Below, in pieces: positions 24,001 to 38,266 of a DNA stretch of 64,000 nucleotides. Numbering within the stretch: the stretch's first letter is position 1; each line of letters starts with the position of its first letter. Origin of the DNA: Amoebophrya sp. A120 (lineage: Eukaryota; Protista; Dinoflagellata); contig CAJINV010000008.1 in the NCBI GenBank assembly GCA_905178155.1, positions 1,178,001-1,242,000 on the forward strand, given 5' to 3'. The position numbers and the translations under genes were made by a program. The notes beneath the pieces were generated by a model, which saw only the letters and a program-made list of their open reading frames with translations, did not search any database and was not told where the DNA came from.

Positions 24001-26991
24001 GGCTCTCTCCCAACCGCACAGCTCGCACAGCAGGACCGAATATGGCAAGAGGGACGACACAACAACAGGGAATTGGAAGCCCCGACGATGGATACCGGCG
24101 GCCCCCAGGGCTTGCCGCCGGTCGGCGCTTTATTTGGGCACGTGCCGAAGATCCTGCAGCGAAGTGTTTTCGGTTGCGCGCAGCACGGCATTCTGGGGTG
24201 CCACATTTGCGGGATGGGCAACAAAGTATATACGCGCAACGTGCCACAAATGTTGTTTCCCACGAGCTGGCCCTTCCTTGGGGTGCCGAACGCGGTTGTC
24301 GGTCCCAACGCGATCGGGTTCGCCAGGTCGGGACTGACGCGGATCGCAAAAGGCCCAACCGACTACGTGCAATTGGCGCGCCACGAGATGGCCGAGCGGC
24401 ACCCGGATTTTCAGGTCAACGGGGTCGTGCCGCCGCTTGGCGTCCTGATGCCCTTGGAAACGCCTCCAAAGGAAGTGAATGCGCCTACCTACGGCATCAC
24501 CACCGGTGCCGGTCCGGATGGCAAACTCCGCCGGTATCTGCCGGCTTTCCCTCCCATGACCGCCAACTCCGGGCACCGGGCCAGTCTCCTCAACCTGCAG
24601 CAGAACGCCATCGACTATCGAAGCGGCAAAATTCCCTCCAGCGGAGGTGATGAGAAGGGCCACTTTCGTTTCTACGACGACATTGGCATCCACCCGTTGG
24701 AGCTGGGTCACTCGCCGCTGTTCGTGACGCCAAGGAAAGATCCTCTGCAGGGTGGACACATCGAGGGACTGAATTTCACCAGAACGGCAGCAGGAGCGAC
24801 CGCCGCAGTGAGAAGCAGTAGTACCCCCGCAACAGTTGCTAGCCCAAATTTACTTGACGCGAGGCCAAGCGCTGTGGAACTACAGGGGCCGATAGCGGAG
24901 GAACCAGACCGGATCACTGGACCATCCCCAGTCGCGCAGCAAGAAGAACGCACGCCATCGAAGACAAGCAGGGGGAACCCGCTGGACCCCGCCTTGAAGG
25001 CGAGTTTCCTGAAAAGCTCGGCGGGACCTCCGAACAGCAGTGGTGGAGCCAAGTCAGGCTCGGGTGGCTCTGCAACGAAACGGATGCTCTCTCCAAGGGG
25101 ATTCGCGGGCCCGGCGGTGTACATTCCCAGCCCCCGGGGGAACGACGTGAAGAAGGTCGACTTGGAGCATCGCGGCCCGGGGTTCGGGATGTCACACCAG
25201 AAGGCGCAAACCAAAAACGCGGACGGCACCGAAACGTCACGATGGGCCACGGTGGTGACCAGACCGCAAGCCGCCCCCCGTGGGGTGTATGTTCCCGAAC
25301 CGGAGGAAGACGACGCAGACGACGTACCCGCCGCAAACGACCCGGCAGTAAATCCCGAGTTTGTGGCCTCCACGGGCAAAAACGACATCGCCGCGGAGGG
25401 TGAAGCGGGTGCGCCAGAAAGGCGTAAGTCGGAGATAGACCAGGAGCTTATCGACAACGCGGACCAATCTCTCGCAGACATCGGCGCCATGCTTTCGAAG
25501 CAGTTAGGGCTCGACCCCTTGACAATGAAAAAACCAGAGGGTGAGTCTTTGGCTCTGCGGTCCTCTCTAGCGATAGAGAGAGGCGGCTTCGACGACGAGG
25601 TGGATGTAGAAGACGTCGGCATGTCCAGTAGAGGACGGAGTAGAAATAATGTGAGCAATTATAGGGCGAGCGTCAATAGCAAAGGCAACGGAAAAAAGCA
25701 ACCACAGTTTGCGCAGCCGACTACGCAATCAAGGAATAGGTCGTCCGTTGTGACCACCGTAATAAAGAGTACAGCTACACCAGAGACGTTGATGAACACC
25801 GCAACAGGCATCGCTAGCACTCCTGCTACGGCGAATAAGAGTAAGTCGGCCGCGAAGTCGCGGCTCGAAGAGAGCTACCGACAGCTTCGAACCGCGCGGG
25901 AACGAGTTGCGAAAATTCGCGCGGACCAGGAGACGAGTGATCCCGCCCCACCAGCACCTCGGAAAGGAAACAATGCCACCGCGGGGAAGCTTTCCGCACC
26001 AAATAGGCCGACGCAGAAGCGGGCGTCTCTCGTGAACAATACAACGTCCTCAGACGAATTCACGTCCTCAGGGCGGGACGATTCGCTGGGCCCAACGATG
26101 CATCACTACGGCCCTGCTGGCTCATCCGCGTCAATATCGGGAAGTAACACGAATGACAGCGCGACGCGAAACTCACAGTGGTTGCACCACGACAGCGGCG
26201 AAAACCACTACGACCGGACACTTCGGATGCTTGGTGGCGGGGGTAACAAGCGAGGTGGACCAAATGAGCCGCCAAGGACGTCGGGCGGAGTCGTGGGTGC
26301 AGCTGCGGCACCCGCGAGAATGTTTTATCCGGAGACGGATAATTTACAAACCAGTTGCGCAACTCTACTTCCCATCAACGAGCGTCCTATCTCGCGAAGC
26401 GTAAGTCCTGCGAATCCACCAACACTGGTCGTGCCGCCGATGCGGCCAATGGAGCGGCAGCGAGGTCGTGCACCAGCGTCAACGCTGCCAACGACTGTTG
26501 GCAAAGTGCCGTTGCTGAAGGCTGTTGGAGACGTCGAGGACCATGGCAGCAGTTACAACGGGTCGTCGCCTTTAGATGAGGGTAAGGCTGCTCTCGCGGC
26601 TCTGGCGCAACAAAATCGCGGTGCCAGCAGGGAGGACGACAAGATAAAACTTCCGAAAAAGCTCCACTCCAGTGCGGCGAACCTGTTGGCTCGAGTGAAC
26701 GAGCTGAAGGCACGACTTGAAGTGAAAAGCGACGCGGCAGAGCGCAACAGCATCATCGGCGCGAGCCTGGCGGAGTTTTTGCACTACAATCTCGAGTCTC
26801 CAGCACCAAACCTGGCAGCTCTTGAGCAGGATAAAGCAAATAAGGCAAACGCGGAGCTGCAACGACGTCTACAGAATGAGCACAACACCGCAGCGACAGT
26901 CCTGAAACAGGCGGACGCGGTTGCTCAGAACGAGATTTTACACAATGTGGAACGCTTGAAGGAATGTCTCAGCCGAAACGACGCCCTCTAA
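21086..26991 (+). CDS. Large, mostly disordered hypothetical protein with N-terminal TM segment, four RRFSS-helical repeats and C-terminal coiled coil
   Basis: Four ORFs can be joined in frame by GT-AG introns 21211-21363 (tentative), 22050-22262 and 23702-23937. The repeat motif is shared by the second and third ORFs, supporting a single gene. Confidence 0.65.
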
Positions 26992-27920
26992 TCAGCAGGA
27001 GCAAATGGAGTTGATGCATTCAGATTCACACTCATTTTCAAGCTGCAATGGTTGTTGTAGAGGTTTGTCTTTTTGCGCTTGTTTGTATACCTTCTATCGC
27101 TCTTCTAATTCTTTTGAAAGTTGTCGTGATAGAAGCACTCCACCTTCACATGCTTTCCTTGGTAGCAATGTACGCACTTCTACTTTTTGCACCCTCGTTT
27201 CCACCTCTTGTATTAACCTCGAGTGGTGACAAATTGAAATCGAAGATCTCAATCTCCCCGAGACTTCTATGCTTGCGCTACCAGCACATTCAGTGGCATT
27301 GGAGGTAAGTAAGTACTGCTACAGATACGCCCATCCGTAGTATTGCTTTGTACTGTCTCGCACTTCATATTATCCCCGCCAAAACCTCAATCCTTCTAGA
27401 TTCTATGTTTATTTCTCAGAAGTCACAGTCAGTAGCACTACAAAATTGCAAGTATATTTTCCAAGAAGATATTTACGGATACGCATATGCTTTTTTTCCC
27501 TCAGATAGATCATTTCTTTTTGCGTCTGAGGTGCGACTTGTTTGCTCGATTTGATTTTCTAATTTGGTGGCTTTGCAAAAAATGGTATCCTCTGCTGAAG
27601 CAAGATTGAAATTTGCACTATCGGATCGGTGTTCTGTTGTTGTTCTTCTAACTATTCATTCTCGTCGTCGACGTCTTGCTGGAGTTCGTTGTTGGTCGTG
27701 TTAATGTAGTTCCCTCGTGGTCGTGGCGGCCGTGATGTTGATCTCAATTCATCCCTGTAAAAACATTCTCAATCATGTGCAACCACTGCCTTGTCGCACC
27801 TTGAAGAGATCTTGGATGATCTTGTTCAACATCGGGGGAGAATTTATTCAATCGTCCTGATCGGTCATTATCCGAACCTGCATTAGTTTTCGTAAAACCT
27901 TCGGCAGACGCGAACGAAGA

Positions 27921-29415
27921 ATGTCACTTAAAGACAAGGCGTATTCCCATCCTGCTCTGCAGCCAGGGAAAATTGCGGTGATTACCGGTGCTGCAAATGG
28001 GATCGGAAAAGCGTGTGCGCAGACCTGCGCATCGCGTGGCATGAAAGTTGCGATGGCCGATATCCAGGCCGAGAAGCTGCAACAGGTCGCGGACGAATTC
28101 TTGGCAGGGGGTGTTTGTACTGCCCCCGAGAATCTGCTTGTGGTGCCAACGGATGTCACCAGTCTCGAACAAAATCAGCAACTGTGCGAGAAAGTGTACG
28201 CCACTTTCGGTGGCTGCGATTTCGCGCTGTTCAATGTGGGCATCAGCACGGGTAAAGGGGCAAATCCACTCTTTCTTGACCTCGAAAAGTGGAAGCGAAC
28301 CCTGGACATTAACCTCTGGAGTACGATATATGGGATTCACTGTTTCGTGCCGAGGATGATTGCGCAGGCGGATATCCAGGAAAAAACACCCATCCACATC
28401 CAATTTGTCATGCAAAAGATACATAAAATTCTGTGTTTGTCATGCAAAAAATGGATGTGGATGGGTTTTCTTCTGTGGATAGCGGAAGCGGAAGGGGAGA
28501 AGAGTGAGCCGCGCATCGTCGGCGCAACTTCCAGTCGACAGGGGCTGACCCTGAACCCCGGGGACACGCCGTACGTGATAACGAAGGTGGGGCAGCGTGC
28601 AGTCATGGAGTCGGTAGAGCACGAGTTACGCAACCTGCCCGGAAACCACAAGCTTCGGGGCGTATGCCTGTTCCCAGGCCGAACGGTTACCGACATCGTG
28701 GCAAGCCTAGTGGTATCAACAGTAAAAATGTCTGGGTCTGGAAACTTGTGATGCTGGGCGGCGTCTCATGATGAGGCTACAAATGCTGGCTCACCATGAC
28801 AAGTTTCTGAGCTCCTACTAGGTGTTGCCTATTGTGCATGACAAACTGCGCTTCTGCATCACAGGAAAACGGAGCTCTTGGGTAACGTGCATGACAGATT
28901 TAAGAGTCATGCCAGACAAGCATGACAAACATCAATTCTTCCAGACCCAGACATCATTGCATTTGATAAGTGGAATACGACGGAGATAAGGAAAGAGCAG
29001 CGGATATTCGAAAAGACCTGACGAAGGCATGGGGACCGGACGCCATGCCGGTACAATTTGTCCATCTTGAACACATGTTTTCTATTTCTTTTCGTCGTTT
29101 CGCCACCAGATCAAAGGAAATTTCCCGTAACTAATTTATTTTTATGCCACTTTCTACTTCATACAAATACACCAGGTGGAGCATCCGGTTGAAGTTTTGT
29201 TTGATGCTATCGAGGAGGGCAAGTTCTATGCTGTGTGCACGGACCACTACAAGACGAAAAACGCCTGTTTGGGTGAGGTCCGTTCGAGTGCAGCGGATGT
29301 CTGCGAAAATCGCCCCCCGGCAAGCCGCTGGCATTCGGAATGGCAAGAGAAATTTCTTCAAGAAAATCCCGAGGCAAAAAAAGTTGATCTGAAGGGGGAA
29401 GTTCGGGGGTTTTGA
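27921..29415 (+). CDS. Short-chain dehydrogenase/reductase (SDR)
   Basis: AVITGAANGIG Rossmann motif, DVT, FNVGI, INLW, TSS and YVITK (YxxxK). Introners at 28373 and 28714, GT-AG intron 29051-29175. Confidence 0.9.
28373..28481. mobile_element. Introner family C (109 bp)
   Basis: TATCCAGGAAAAAACACCCATCCACATCCA...TGGATGTGGATGGGTTTTCTTCTGTGGATA. TSD gcgga. Confidence 0.93.
28714..28968. mobile_element. Introner family B (255 bp)
   Basis: TATCAACAGTAAAAATGTCTGGGTCTGGAA...TTCCAGACCCAGACATCATTGCATTTGATA. TSD agtgg. Spliced reading ASLV-EYDGDK. Confidence 0.93.
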
Positions 29416-30479
29416 TGATTGGCAGTCCAGTTGTCACCAAGAAGCAGTAGATGTGCGCGCGCGCGCATTATATCGTCGCTGCCGTATGTGACCGAATGGT
29501 TGTAGTCGCGATCAAAAACATACAACATCAATATGTGAACGCGTCTAGGACGATTACGCACCTCCAGCAGGAGTTAGTGCCTGTATCCGCAGCATGAGCA
29601 GGATGCATTATGATCCGTGGCTGGCGGAAAAATGCTGCGTCGGATCCCATCTTGTCGGTATGTCTGTCCTGTGCGTGTATCGAAATTGATGCTGCGTTTG
29701 TATACATCAAGACAAGGAATGATGATCACGGCGGGAGCAGCTGCTCGGAGTTGAATATTTATAGAAGACGGCGATCCCTATCACGAAAAACGATCCGTAG
29801 GACTGACAAGCAACCACGTGCTTGAGAGGCTCCCCTCGCTTTCCGCGTGTCGAGTCCCAGTCGCTTAGCTGATCTCTTTTCGGCATTTTAGCGACTCTAC
29901 AAAAAATTTGAAAAACAGAGAGTACAAGATCAGAGAGTTTTTGGATCCAAGTCGCTCGAGAACACCCACATGATGATGATCCAAGAATGAGCAGGATGGG
30001 ATCCGATCGACAAGATCAAGAAATAGATGACACGTCTTGAAAGTAGACCTAAATGGAAGTTCAAGCTCCGCAATAATGGTCTTGCCAAAAATGTAAATGT
30101 GCCTTTCATGTAGAACGGTGTGCTCACTGATGAACAACCTCGACTTCATCTTCACCTGAATGCAAGTTGTGCCAACTTGAACGTAGGTATGTGTCGCTCA
30201 CCCAAAATCAAATCAATCATTCAGCAGGCCGCGCATTGTCATTGAGACAAGGCTAGAGCAATGGACACTTCGCTCAATGACAACTTCAGCCCTTACATTC
30301 TTTGCCTTTGTAGTTGTTAGCTTCATGCATGAAAATGCATCCGTTTTTTTCTTGATGCAGCGAAAAATTATCGTGCATTCTTTCTCTCCTTGATCGTGTT
30401 TAGTTTCTACGTTCATTTTTTTCACTCCCTTGCATTGTCCGCCAGACTTTAGTTCATTTTCGCCGTGGATCAGAACGTC

Positions 30480-33400
30480 ATGTCGGGGCCTTCTAAATCA
30501 GCTAGCTCTCCCGCCGCCCAGGCACAGCAGCCGGTGTTGAGCGAATTTTGGCGGCCGATCTCGGAGTCGAAAAGCTTCTACACCGGAGGCCGACCGGCTT
30601 TCTGTGGGCCCGAAAATTTGTTTTGCCTGGCGTCGGAGGAATTGACGTTATTTCACCCTCCGCATGTTGCGGGAGCAAGAACCGCGTCATCCTCATCATC
30701 TGGTGCAGTGACGAATAAAGTCAGCCTTCACGCACCAAGTCGAATTGTGATCCCCGCGGACGGAGACGGTATCAATCCACTTGTCGTGTCACAATACTAT
30801 TTTGATATCCATGCCACTGCCACGACGTAGATTTAGACCCACATCACATAGTTCCTTGTCTCGACGACTTTTTTTCTTCTTCACCATTCAGGTATTTTCG
30901 CGTTCGCGGTTTGCGTTTCGGAGAAAAAGATTGTAACGAGTCACCGGAGCAACCTTTTCAAGTGCTGGGACGTGTCCAGCTGCCTTGTAGATGGTACGAA
31001 GACTGACGACGTCGAAGCTATTGACGACACGCCAAATGTCGTGCAATCTCTGCCGACGCTGTTGCACAGCTGGAAAGGGCACCCGGATCTGTGCACCGAC
31101 ATCTCCATGAGCGACAGCCGAAATTTGGACACCCAGATGTTGGCTTCTTCTTCCGTTGACGGGACGGTGAAGTGCTGGGACCTGGATGGTTTTTTCGTCA
31201 CGCACAACTTTCAAGGGCATGCGGGGACACCAGTGCTGACAAGATGGGTACAGGCGCCGGAAGTTGTAGCTGGAGGAAGAAAAGCAAAGAGCTTGCTCCT
31301 TCTCAGTGCGGACGATGAAGGCGAGATTCGTATCTGGGATCTGGTCCAAAGAACCTGCGTGCACGTGTTCAAGCAACACTTGGCTCAGGTACTAGTGATA
31401 GATTTTCATGTGATTCGAGATACATCAACCTGCTCGCTGCGTCTGCTGCAGAAAACGAAAAAGAGCAAGAAGCAAGCTATTGTGGCAATACTTGTTTGTT
31501 AAACGACTACGTGAACGCATAAAGATAAACAACATGCCCGCAACATTCTCAAAAAGAACAACATGCAAATTCTTCACAGGTTACGGACGTATGCTGTTTT
31601 GGAAGTCAGCTGGTGTCCGTCGGCCGGGATAGCGTGCTGAACTTCTTCAACATTTGCCTCGATGTGGGTAGTTCTTCGTCCACTGTGATTAAGCACGCAA
31701 AGACGGTCCCCTGTTATGAGACCGTTGAAGGTGTCTGCGCCGTCAAAGCTGCGAATAGGAACTCAACTTCTGAAAAATTCCACGTCGTAACCGCTGGGGA
31801 GAAGGGGCTGCTTCGGGTTTGGGATCCTGCGACTGGACTGAAGGTTCTGGAGCAAAACGTCCCGCACGGCTGCAACGGAAGCATGCGCGCCGTCGTGAGC
31901 TGCAGCAATAGAAGCAAATCCACCGATTGTAGTTCCAGCGATGGCAAACCGACGTCAACATGTTCAACTTCTTTTCTGACCGCAGGTGAGGATCACAACC
32001 TTATTTTCTGGGAACTAGCATCTGATGAACCGCGAAATAAAGTCGCCGCAAGCTCCGGCGAGCAACAGGAAACACAAGAACCAGCTTCGAAGAAGAGAAA
32101 GATAAAGAACAAGAAAGCCGCCGCCAAACAGGCAGCTGCAGTAACCGAGCATCATGCGGGGCAGCATGATGGTGCTGCAATTGGTGAAACGAAAGAGGAG
32201 CTGGTTTTCCGACTGGCTGTTCACCAGAAGGCGCGCTACATGGGACATAACGAGGAGATTCTATGTGCGCAGTTTCTTAGCAGGCACCATGACCTGCACA
32301 GAGATTCAGATCCCAATACGTCACCGCCTGCTTCTAAAAAAAAGCCTTTGGTAGTCTGTGCGGTGTCTGATGAGGTGGTGAAGATCGTCGATCCCGTCAC
32401 GCATCAGGTCGAACACGCCTTGTGTGACCGATCCAAGCCTGACCACAGCCACAGCGAGGTGGTGGTCTCGGTGGCAGTCAACTACCGGTGCGGTATCGTG
32501 GCCACGGGCTCAAAAGACAACACGGTCCGCCTGTGGGACGTCGTGACCGGCAGTTGCCTGGCCTGTTTGCGCGGCCACACGCACTCCGTCCTGAGTCTCT
32601 GCTTCCCGAACAAATCCGAAGACCATATTTTATCCGGTTCGGAGGACAAAAGTCTCAAATGCTGGCGGTTGGGAAGAAATACAGCAATTGTTGGGAGCTG
32701 CGAAGATGATCCAAAGAACGCCGTTCTTCCGCTGACGGGCTCCGCGGAAACCACCAGGATGGCGCACGAGAAAGAGGTTTCCGTTTTGGCGTTTGGTCCT
32801 AAGGGCGACAAAATCCTCGCCTCCGGCGGGCAGGACAAGGTAATCAAGCTGTGGTCGTTCCCGGACCTGAAGCAGGTCGGGCAAACCCTGCAGGGTCACA
32901 GACGGGGCATCTGGTCGCTGGCCTTTCACCCCACGGACAAAATTCTCGTGTCCGGGTCCGGCGACGCGACGATTCGGCTGTGGAACCTGGCGACCTTTGC
33001 CGCGATTAAATCCTTCGAGGGGCACAACGGCGCGGTGCTGAACGTCCGGGTGCTGAAGAACAACATGCAGCTCATGTCCACCGGGGCCGACGGGCTGGTC
33101 AAGTTGTGGCAGATCCGCACCACGGATTGCGCGCAGACCATGGAACTGCACGACGACAAGGTGTGGGGAATGGACCTCGCTGACGTAACAGTGAAGAATT
33201 CTTGTAGTGGAGCTGCAGGAGGAGCAAGAACAGCTTCGTCTGAGGATTTACTGACAAATTTGCTGAACTACCGCGGCCCGGACAACAAATCTGGCACGGC
33301 CGTCCAGGACAAGGATGCCGAAACTACGCAAGGGAGCTGCGAGGTGGAGGAGCACACCATTCTGGTCACTGCAGCCGAATCGAAATTGATTCTGTGGAAG

Positions 33401-34783
33401 GATTGCACGCGGGAGGTCGAAGCAGAAAAGCAGCAGGAGGAGGTGAGCAACAAAATGGAGCAAGCGGAAGTGAAGGCGCTGGTTGCAAAAGGCGAGTACG
33501 ATTCCGCCTTGACGCACTGCTTAAAGCTGAACCGCCCGGGACAGATGGTAGAGATCTTCGGAAAGCTAGGCCTTCTGCACGCGGAGGAAATCCTTTTACA
33601 GGAGGAGGAAGACGCGTACCTGAAGCGGATCGGCAAAACCGCGGAGGAGGTGTTGGCCGCGCAGGGAAAGAACTTTTTAGGACGAAAGGACGGCGCAGAT
33701 GAAAACTCAAAAAAGTTGGAAGATAATGGGATCAACCTCGACGGAGCCCCAGCAGTACTAGCAGATGGAAACGACGACGCGGGAGCTGCGGATTCGGGCT
33801 CTTCAGATGGACAGGCCGCAAAGGATTCCACAACTATGCCAGCAGAAGATGACATTCCTGAAGTTGAAAACTATGAGGAAGAGGACAGTGAAGATCTTCT
33901 CGTTGATGCGGTCGTCGTCGATCCTGCGGTCGTCTTCGGCAAAAAAGAAATTGGGGGAGGTCAAACTCAAACACAGAACAAGAGCGGAGGGCATCATGGT
34001 CAACAAGAAACGCCGATGTTCAACTTACGCGAGTGGATCTTGAGCATCACCTCCGTGTCCTCTGAAGCGGAACGGGGCAGCAAAAACACGGAAAAGATTT
34101 GCCAGCGAAATTTGGAGCAGCTCGTTGAATTTCTGGCACGGTGGAACAGCAACGCCAAGACGGCACTTTTGGCCAACGTCCTCCTCCGGGAGCTGCTGCA
34201 GTCAGTTTCGAAGGAGAAGCTGCGGAAAGTCGAGAACTGGAACCAAGTGGCAAAAGCAGTGCTGAATTACTCGTCGAAACACCTTGCGCGCTGGGAGCAG
34301 CTGCTGTCCAAGACTTTCTTGATCGATCTATTGCTGGTTTCCAACGGCTTTCAACTTGCCGACACGAGAAACAGTAGCGCGCGCGCTGCTGGAGCAACGG
34401 CGGCCGCAAATGGAAAACCGCTGAGATCTGACGAGGCTGCGGAAAAGACAACCAACGAGGTTCTCTTTGGAGATTCGGTGGTGCCTCTGGGGCAAGATGA
34501 TGCGGACTCTGTGGATGTCGGAGCGCCAGAGAATAAGCCTAGAATGAGCGGCGGCAGAGTTCGATTTCAAGCAGTAGAACATGGCCAGACCGCTGCTCCA
34601 GGGAACGACACCGTCTCTCAGATTACCGAGGAAAAAATGCCGAGAACGACAGCTAACACTGGTGGGTTCGCTGGGGTGCAAAAGAAGAACAAACTTGCAG
34701 CATCGAGTAAGGCTGGTTGTGGAAGCGGCAAAACGTCTTCCATCAAGAAAGGAAAAAAGAAACGCGCACAAAAATCAAAGTGA
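30480..34783 (+). CDS. UTP13: U3 snoRNP-associated WD40 protein UTP13/TBL3
   Basis: N-terminal KSFYTGG, many WD40 repeats (GHRRGIWS..SGSGDATIRLW; GADGLVKLW; HDDKVW) and a C-terminal Utp13-like block (LARWNSNAKT...YSSKHLARW...TFLIDL). GT-AG introns 30769-30891 and 31389-31579. Confidence 0.88.
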
Positions 34784-35652
34784 GAAGTGCCACTTTTGCT
34801 TTGTGCACAGTGCACCAACCACTACCACATGAGCATGTGTTTATTTTTTCCTTGAAGAAGTATCAACCGAAACCCTCGTGCTACTTTTCGCGACACGTAT
34901 ACTAGTACGTTGCAAGCAATGTTGATGAGTCTTAATCTTTCCATATGTTGCGAACTACGTCTTCGAGACGATGGATGCGCGCTGATATTTCCGAAAAGGA
35001 AAACTGGAATTTCAGCCCGCATTACAGCCTTTCATTGTTCGCACTGCACGCTCGTTTTCATGTCTCAAACACTTTGAAATCCAATGCGCTTGCGCTGATC
35101 ACAATTTATCAGTTGAGGTGTCGGAGAAACAACACATCAATCACCAACCAAAACACCAGACACTAGAAAGTGCATGCAGCTGTCGATCATCCTCGAAAAA
35201 GTAGGTTTTTTTTCTTCACGTATCGGTATCGTCTTGCATCTCCGTCATTTGTTTTGTACTTGTAGTTGATCAAGTATTCTTGTGGTTCCTTCGGAGTTCC
35301 ACAAATCTCCACCTAAAAACAGTATCTCGTTTTTATTTTACCAGCCCTGCTTCGCGCTTCTGGATCAGGTGTGTCAAACACGGGATTAGGAGGCTGTCTG
35401 TGTCGTATTAGTGTATGGTTTCACCCGGTATTGAGGCATTCTTTGGCGACGTAATGAAAGTCGATGAAGAGTATTCGCGAAGAATCATGTGAAAATCATC
35501 TTTCGTTTCGTCCTTAGATGTTAACGAAGCCGTTGCCTTACCTCGTTTATGTCGGGCACTGAACGTCGTTGCGTCGTTGATTCTCTGCGCCGAGAGCAGA
35601 ACAAGCAGCTTCTTGCTCCTACCTCCGTTTGTGAAAAATCGTTCACACCGAG

Positions 35653-37330
35653 ATGACACCATCATCTTCTCGATTGTTGCTTTTCTTCGCATTACCAAGC
35701 TGTTTTTTGGACGTGCGCGGGTCTGCGGGTGAGGACTTTTACACACCACTTCGACGAAGCCACAGAGGAAAGCAGCACCACCGTCGCGGGGCGCGTCTGC
35801 ACGCAAATCTTCACAATGTTTTGACGCATCACGTGGTCACTGCGCCGACGGCTGCGCCTTTAAGTAGTTCGTCACGGCAGGCGCAGGTGCACTACCACAG
35901 GGTAGATCGAAGGCATGGCAGGAGCAAGAATCAAGCCGAGGCAAATTTACAGCGACGCCTGCGACAATCGTCGCGGCACAGGACGAGGAAGACTTTCCAC
36001 AATTTGGTGAACAACCATATGGCGTTCTCAATTGTTACATTCTCAACTGTTACATAAATTTGTGAGGCAAGAATGGCAACAGGGAAAGGCCGGATCTTGC
36101 AACTCTTACATTACAAATTCGGCACAGATTCCCACGCTGTTTAGCCCTTCGAAAATTTGTCATGCGAGGCAGCTTCACTGTGTGGACGTTGATGCTCATT
36201 TTGCACGACAAATTCAGAATGTAACATTTGAGAACTCCATAAACCACCACCACCGGGATGCGAAGGCGGAACCTGGGGCTACCCCGGCACTGGATCTCAT
36301 GCGCCACTTGTCTGCGCGAGATGTATAGGAGAGGACTTATTTCTGTTTATTTTCAAAAATCAAAAAAATGCTCTTCGATTTATACACAGTACTCCTCGGT
36401 GACGTTGCATAAAAACATAAGTGAAAAAGAAAAGTAGCAGCTATAATTTTCTTCGCCATCAAACAAAGGTCCTGGATACCCAGCACCCGGCTCTGCATGA
36501 GATTGTGAAAGTAGCGAAGGAGGTGGCTGAGTCCCACGACGAGGATCTGGCGAGTGCAACCATTCCGGTGATTGAGGAGTCGCTGGACAAGCTGCAAGCG
36601 CTGGTCGCCCAGGACCCGGGGGCGTCCGACTTCATCTCGGACATGCGAGCGCAGGTGTGTGCGCAGAAAAAGGACACCGAGTACGATAAGTGCAAGACCT
36701 TCATGGACAGCTACTGCAGTACCAAGGGGGAGACCGCTGCCTGCAAAGCCTTCATGGGCGATGACGAGGAGGAAGAAGAGGAAGAAACCACCACACCGCC
36801 GCCCCCGGAACCGGAAACCATAGAACAACCGGTCCCAGAGGCGGACGAGGGCGAAGCAGATCTCGTGGTCGACGACCAGGCCCCCGGGAAGGCCCCGACT
36901 CCGCTGCCGGAGCAAGGGTAACGAGGTCGCTGTTAGTACTTCTCCAGCTGCAAACGACCAATGATGTCACCCTGTATCAGATTCAGAAGTGCCTCACATT
37001 CATACAACCTCTCCATATGATATGGCTGATATCTTGTTCCACATAGTAAAAGTAATCTTCATCGGTTTGCCTATGCTTGTGCACAAATAAAGGTTTGAAG
37101 GAGAAAATGTGGCGCACATTGACGGCGAAACCCAGACGGATGATTGGCGCCACGAATTCGGACCGGGTCAGCCGGACACGTACGATTCTATTTGCGCGGA
37201 ACATCCGGGGAACGAATGGTGCCGGATGCACGGGTACGGGTCACCCTTTCACGCGGGCGCGTTTTCTGCGAAACCGTTTCTCACCTCAATTTTTGCTAGC
37301 TTGTGGCTGGGCTACTACGTGCTGCTGTGA
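35653..37330 (+). CDS. Putative secreted, GPI- or tail-anchored surface protein
   Basis: Signal-like N-terminus (RLLLFFALPSCFL), His/Arg-rich region, Cys-containing helical block, acidic/Pro linker, PEQGFEGENVAHIDGETQTDDWRHEFGP block and hydrophobic C-terminus. Introner 36018-36241, GT-AG introns 36323-36468 and 36918-37092. Confidence 0.75.
36018..36241. mobile_element. Introner family G (224 bp)
   Basis: 26-bp TIR TATGGMGTTCTCAAWTGTTACATTCT. TSD aacca. Spliced reading LVNN-HHHRDAK. Confidence 0.9.
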
Positions 37331-38266
37331 ACAGGGGGCCACAACCTGATGAACATTGTGAAGCGTCGAGCTGGGCACCTGCGAACAAAATGAAAGCATG
37401 AGCAACAACTTTTTTCCGTTTGACACGAATCAATGAATTGGTAAACCCGTTGAATTTTTTTCCGACAGTTCCTGGCTCGCCTGATAGTGTTTTTGTACTT
37501 CAACGGTTCAACGCTATCAAAGAAGCTTGTGCTCGCCTTGAAATTGTTTCCGAAACACGGTGGTGATGAATGCTGAAAGCATCAGGCTGTCGTGGAGGTC
37601 GAGGCTCGCGATCATTTCATGCATGGAGAGCAAGTTAAATTCCTTTGCCACCTCTTTCTACGATCGTGCTCGTAGTTCCCGCTTATTGAGACGATCGCAA
37701 AGGTAGTTGACTTGAGGCTCACCAGAAGGCTTAGCTCGTTCGCTTTGCCATGCGAATGGTGGTGCTGCATGACGTGTTACTCCGAGACGATAGCATAGCA
37801 TTACGACAAGATCAAAATTTAGATATGAATCTAGGGTTTGTTTCACATTCACGTTGATCCGATGTTGCTCTACCACGCTCGCTCCTCTGCTGTCGAAGCT
37901 TTCATGATCAAGAAGTTCAAGCTGCGCAAATAGAGGATCAACAAATCAATGTGCCCAGCACTCATTGATCATCAGAAAGTTGACGTTGAGGGACAGCCCG
38001 GAGCCGGATCATCGTTCAAAGAAAGGCAGATCTCAAATGACCACAGACGCTTGTAATGCATCGGAACGAAGGTCTACTCCTGGTCGGAGTCGTTGATGAT
38101 TTTCTTCCACTTGATGTGATTCATTACGCACAAAAATCAGGGCGCGGCCAACTTTACTGACTTTTAGACACAAAAATTTACTACAGGGACAAGTTGTAGC
38201 TATATTCATATTGTTTTCGTTTCTTGTTGCAGTCACTCGACAACGACACACTTACTTTTGCAAATC

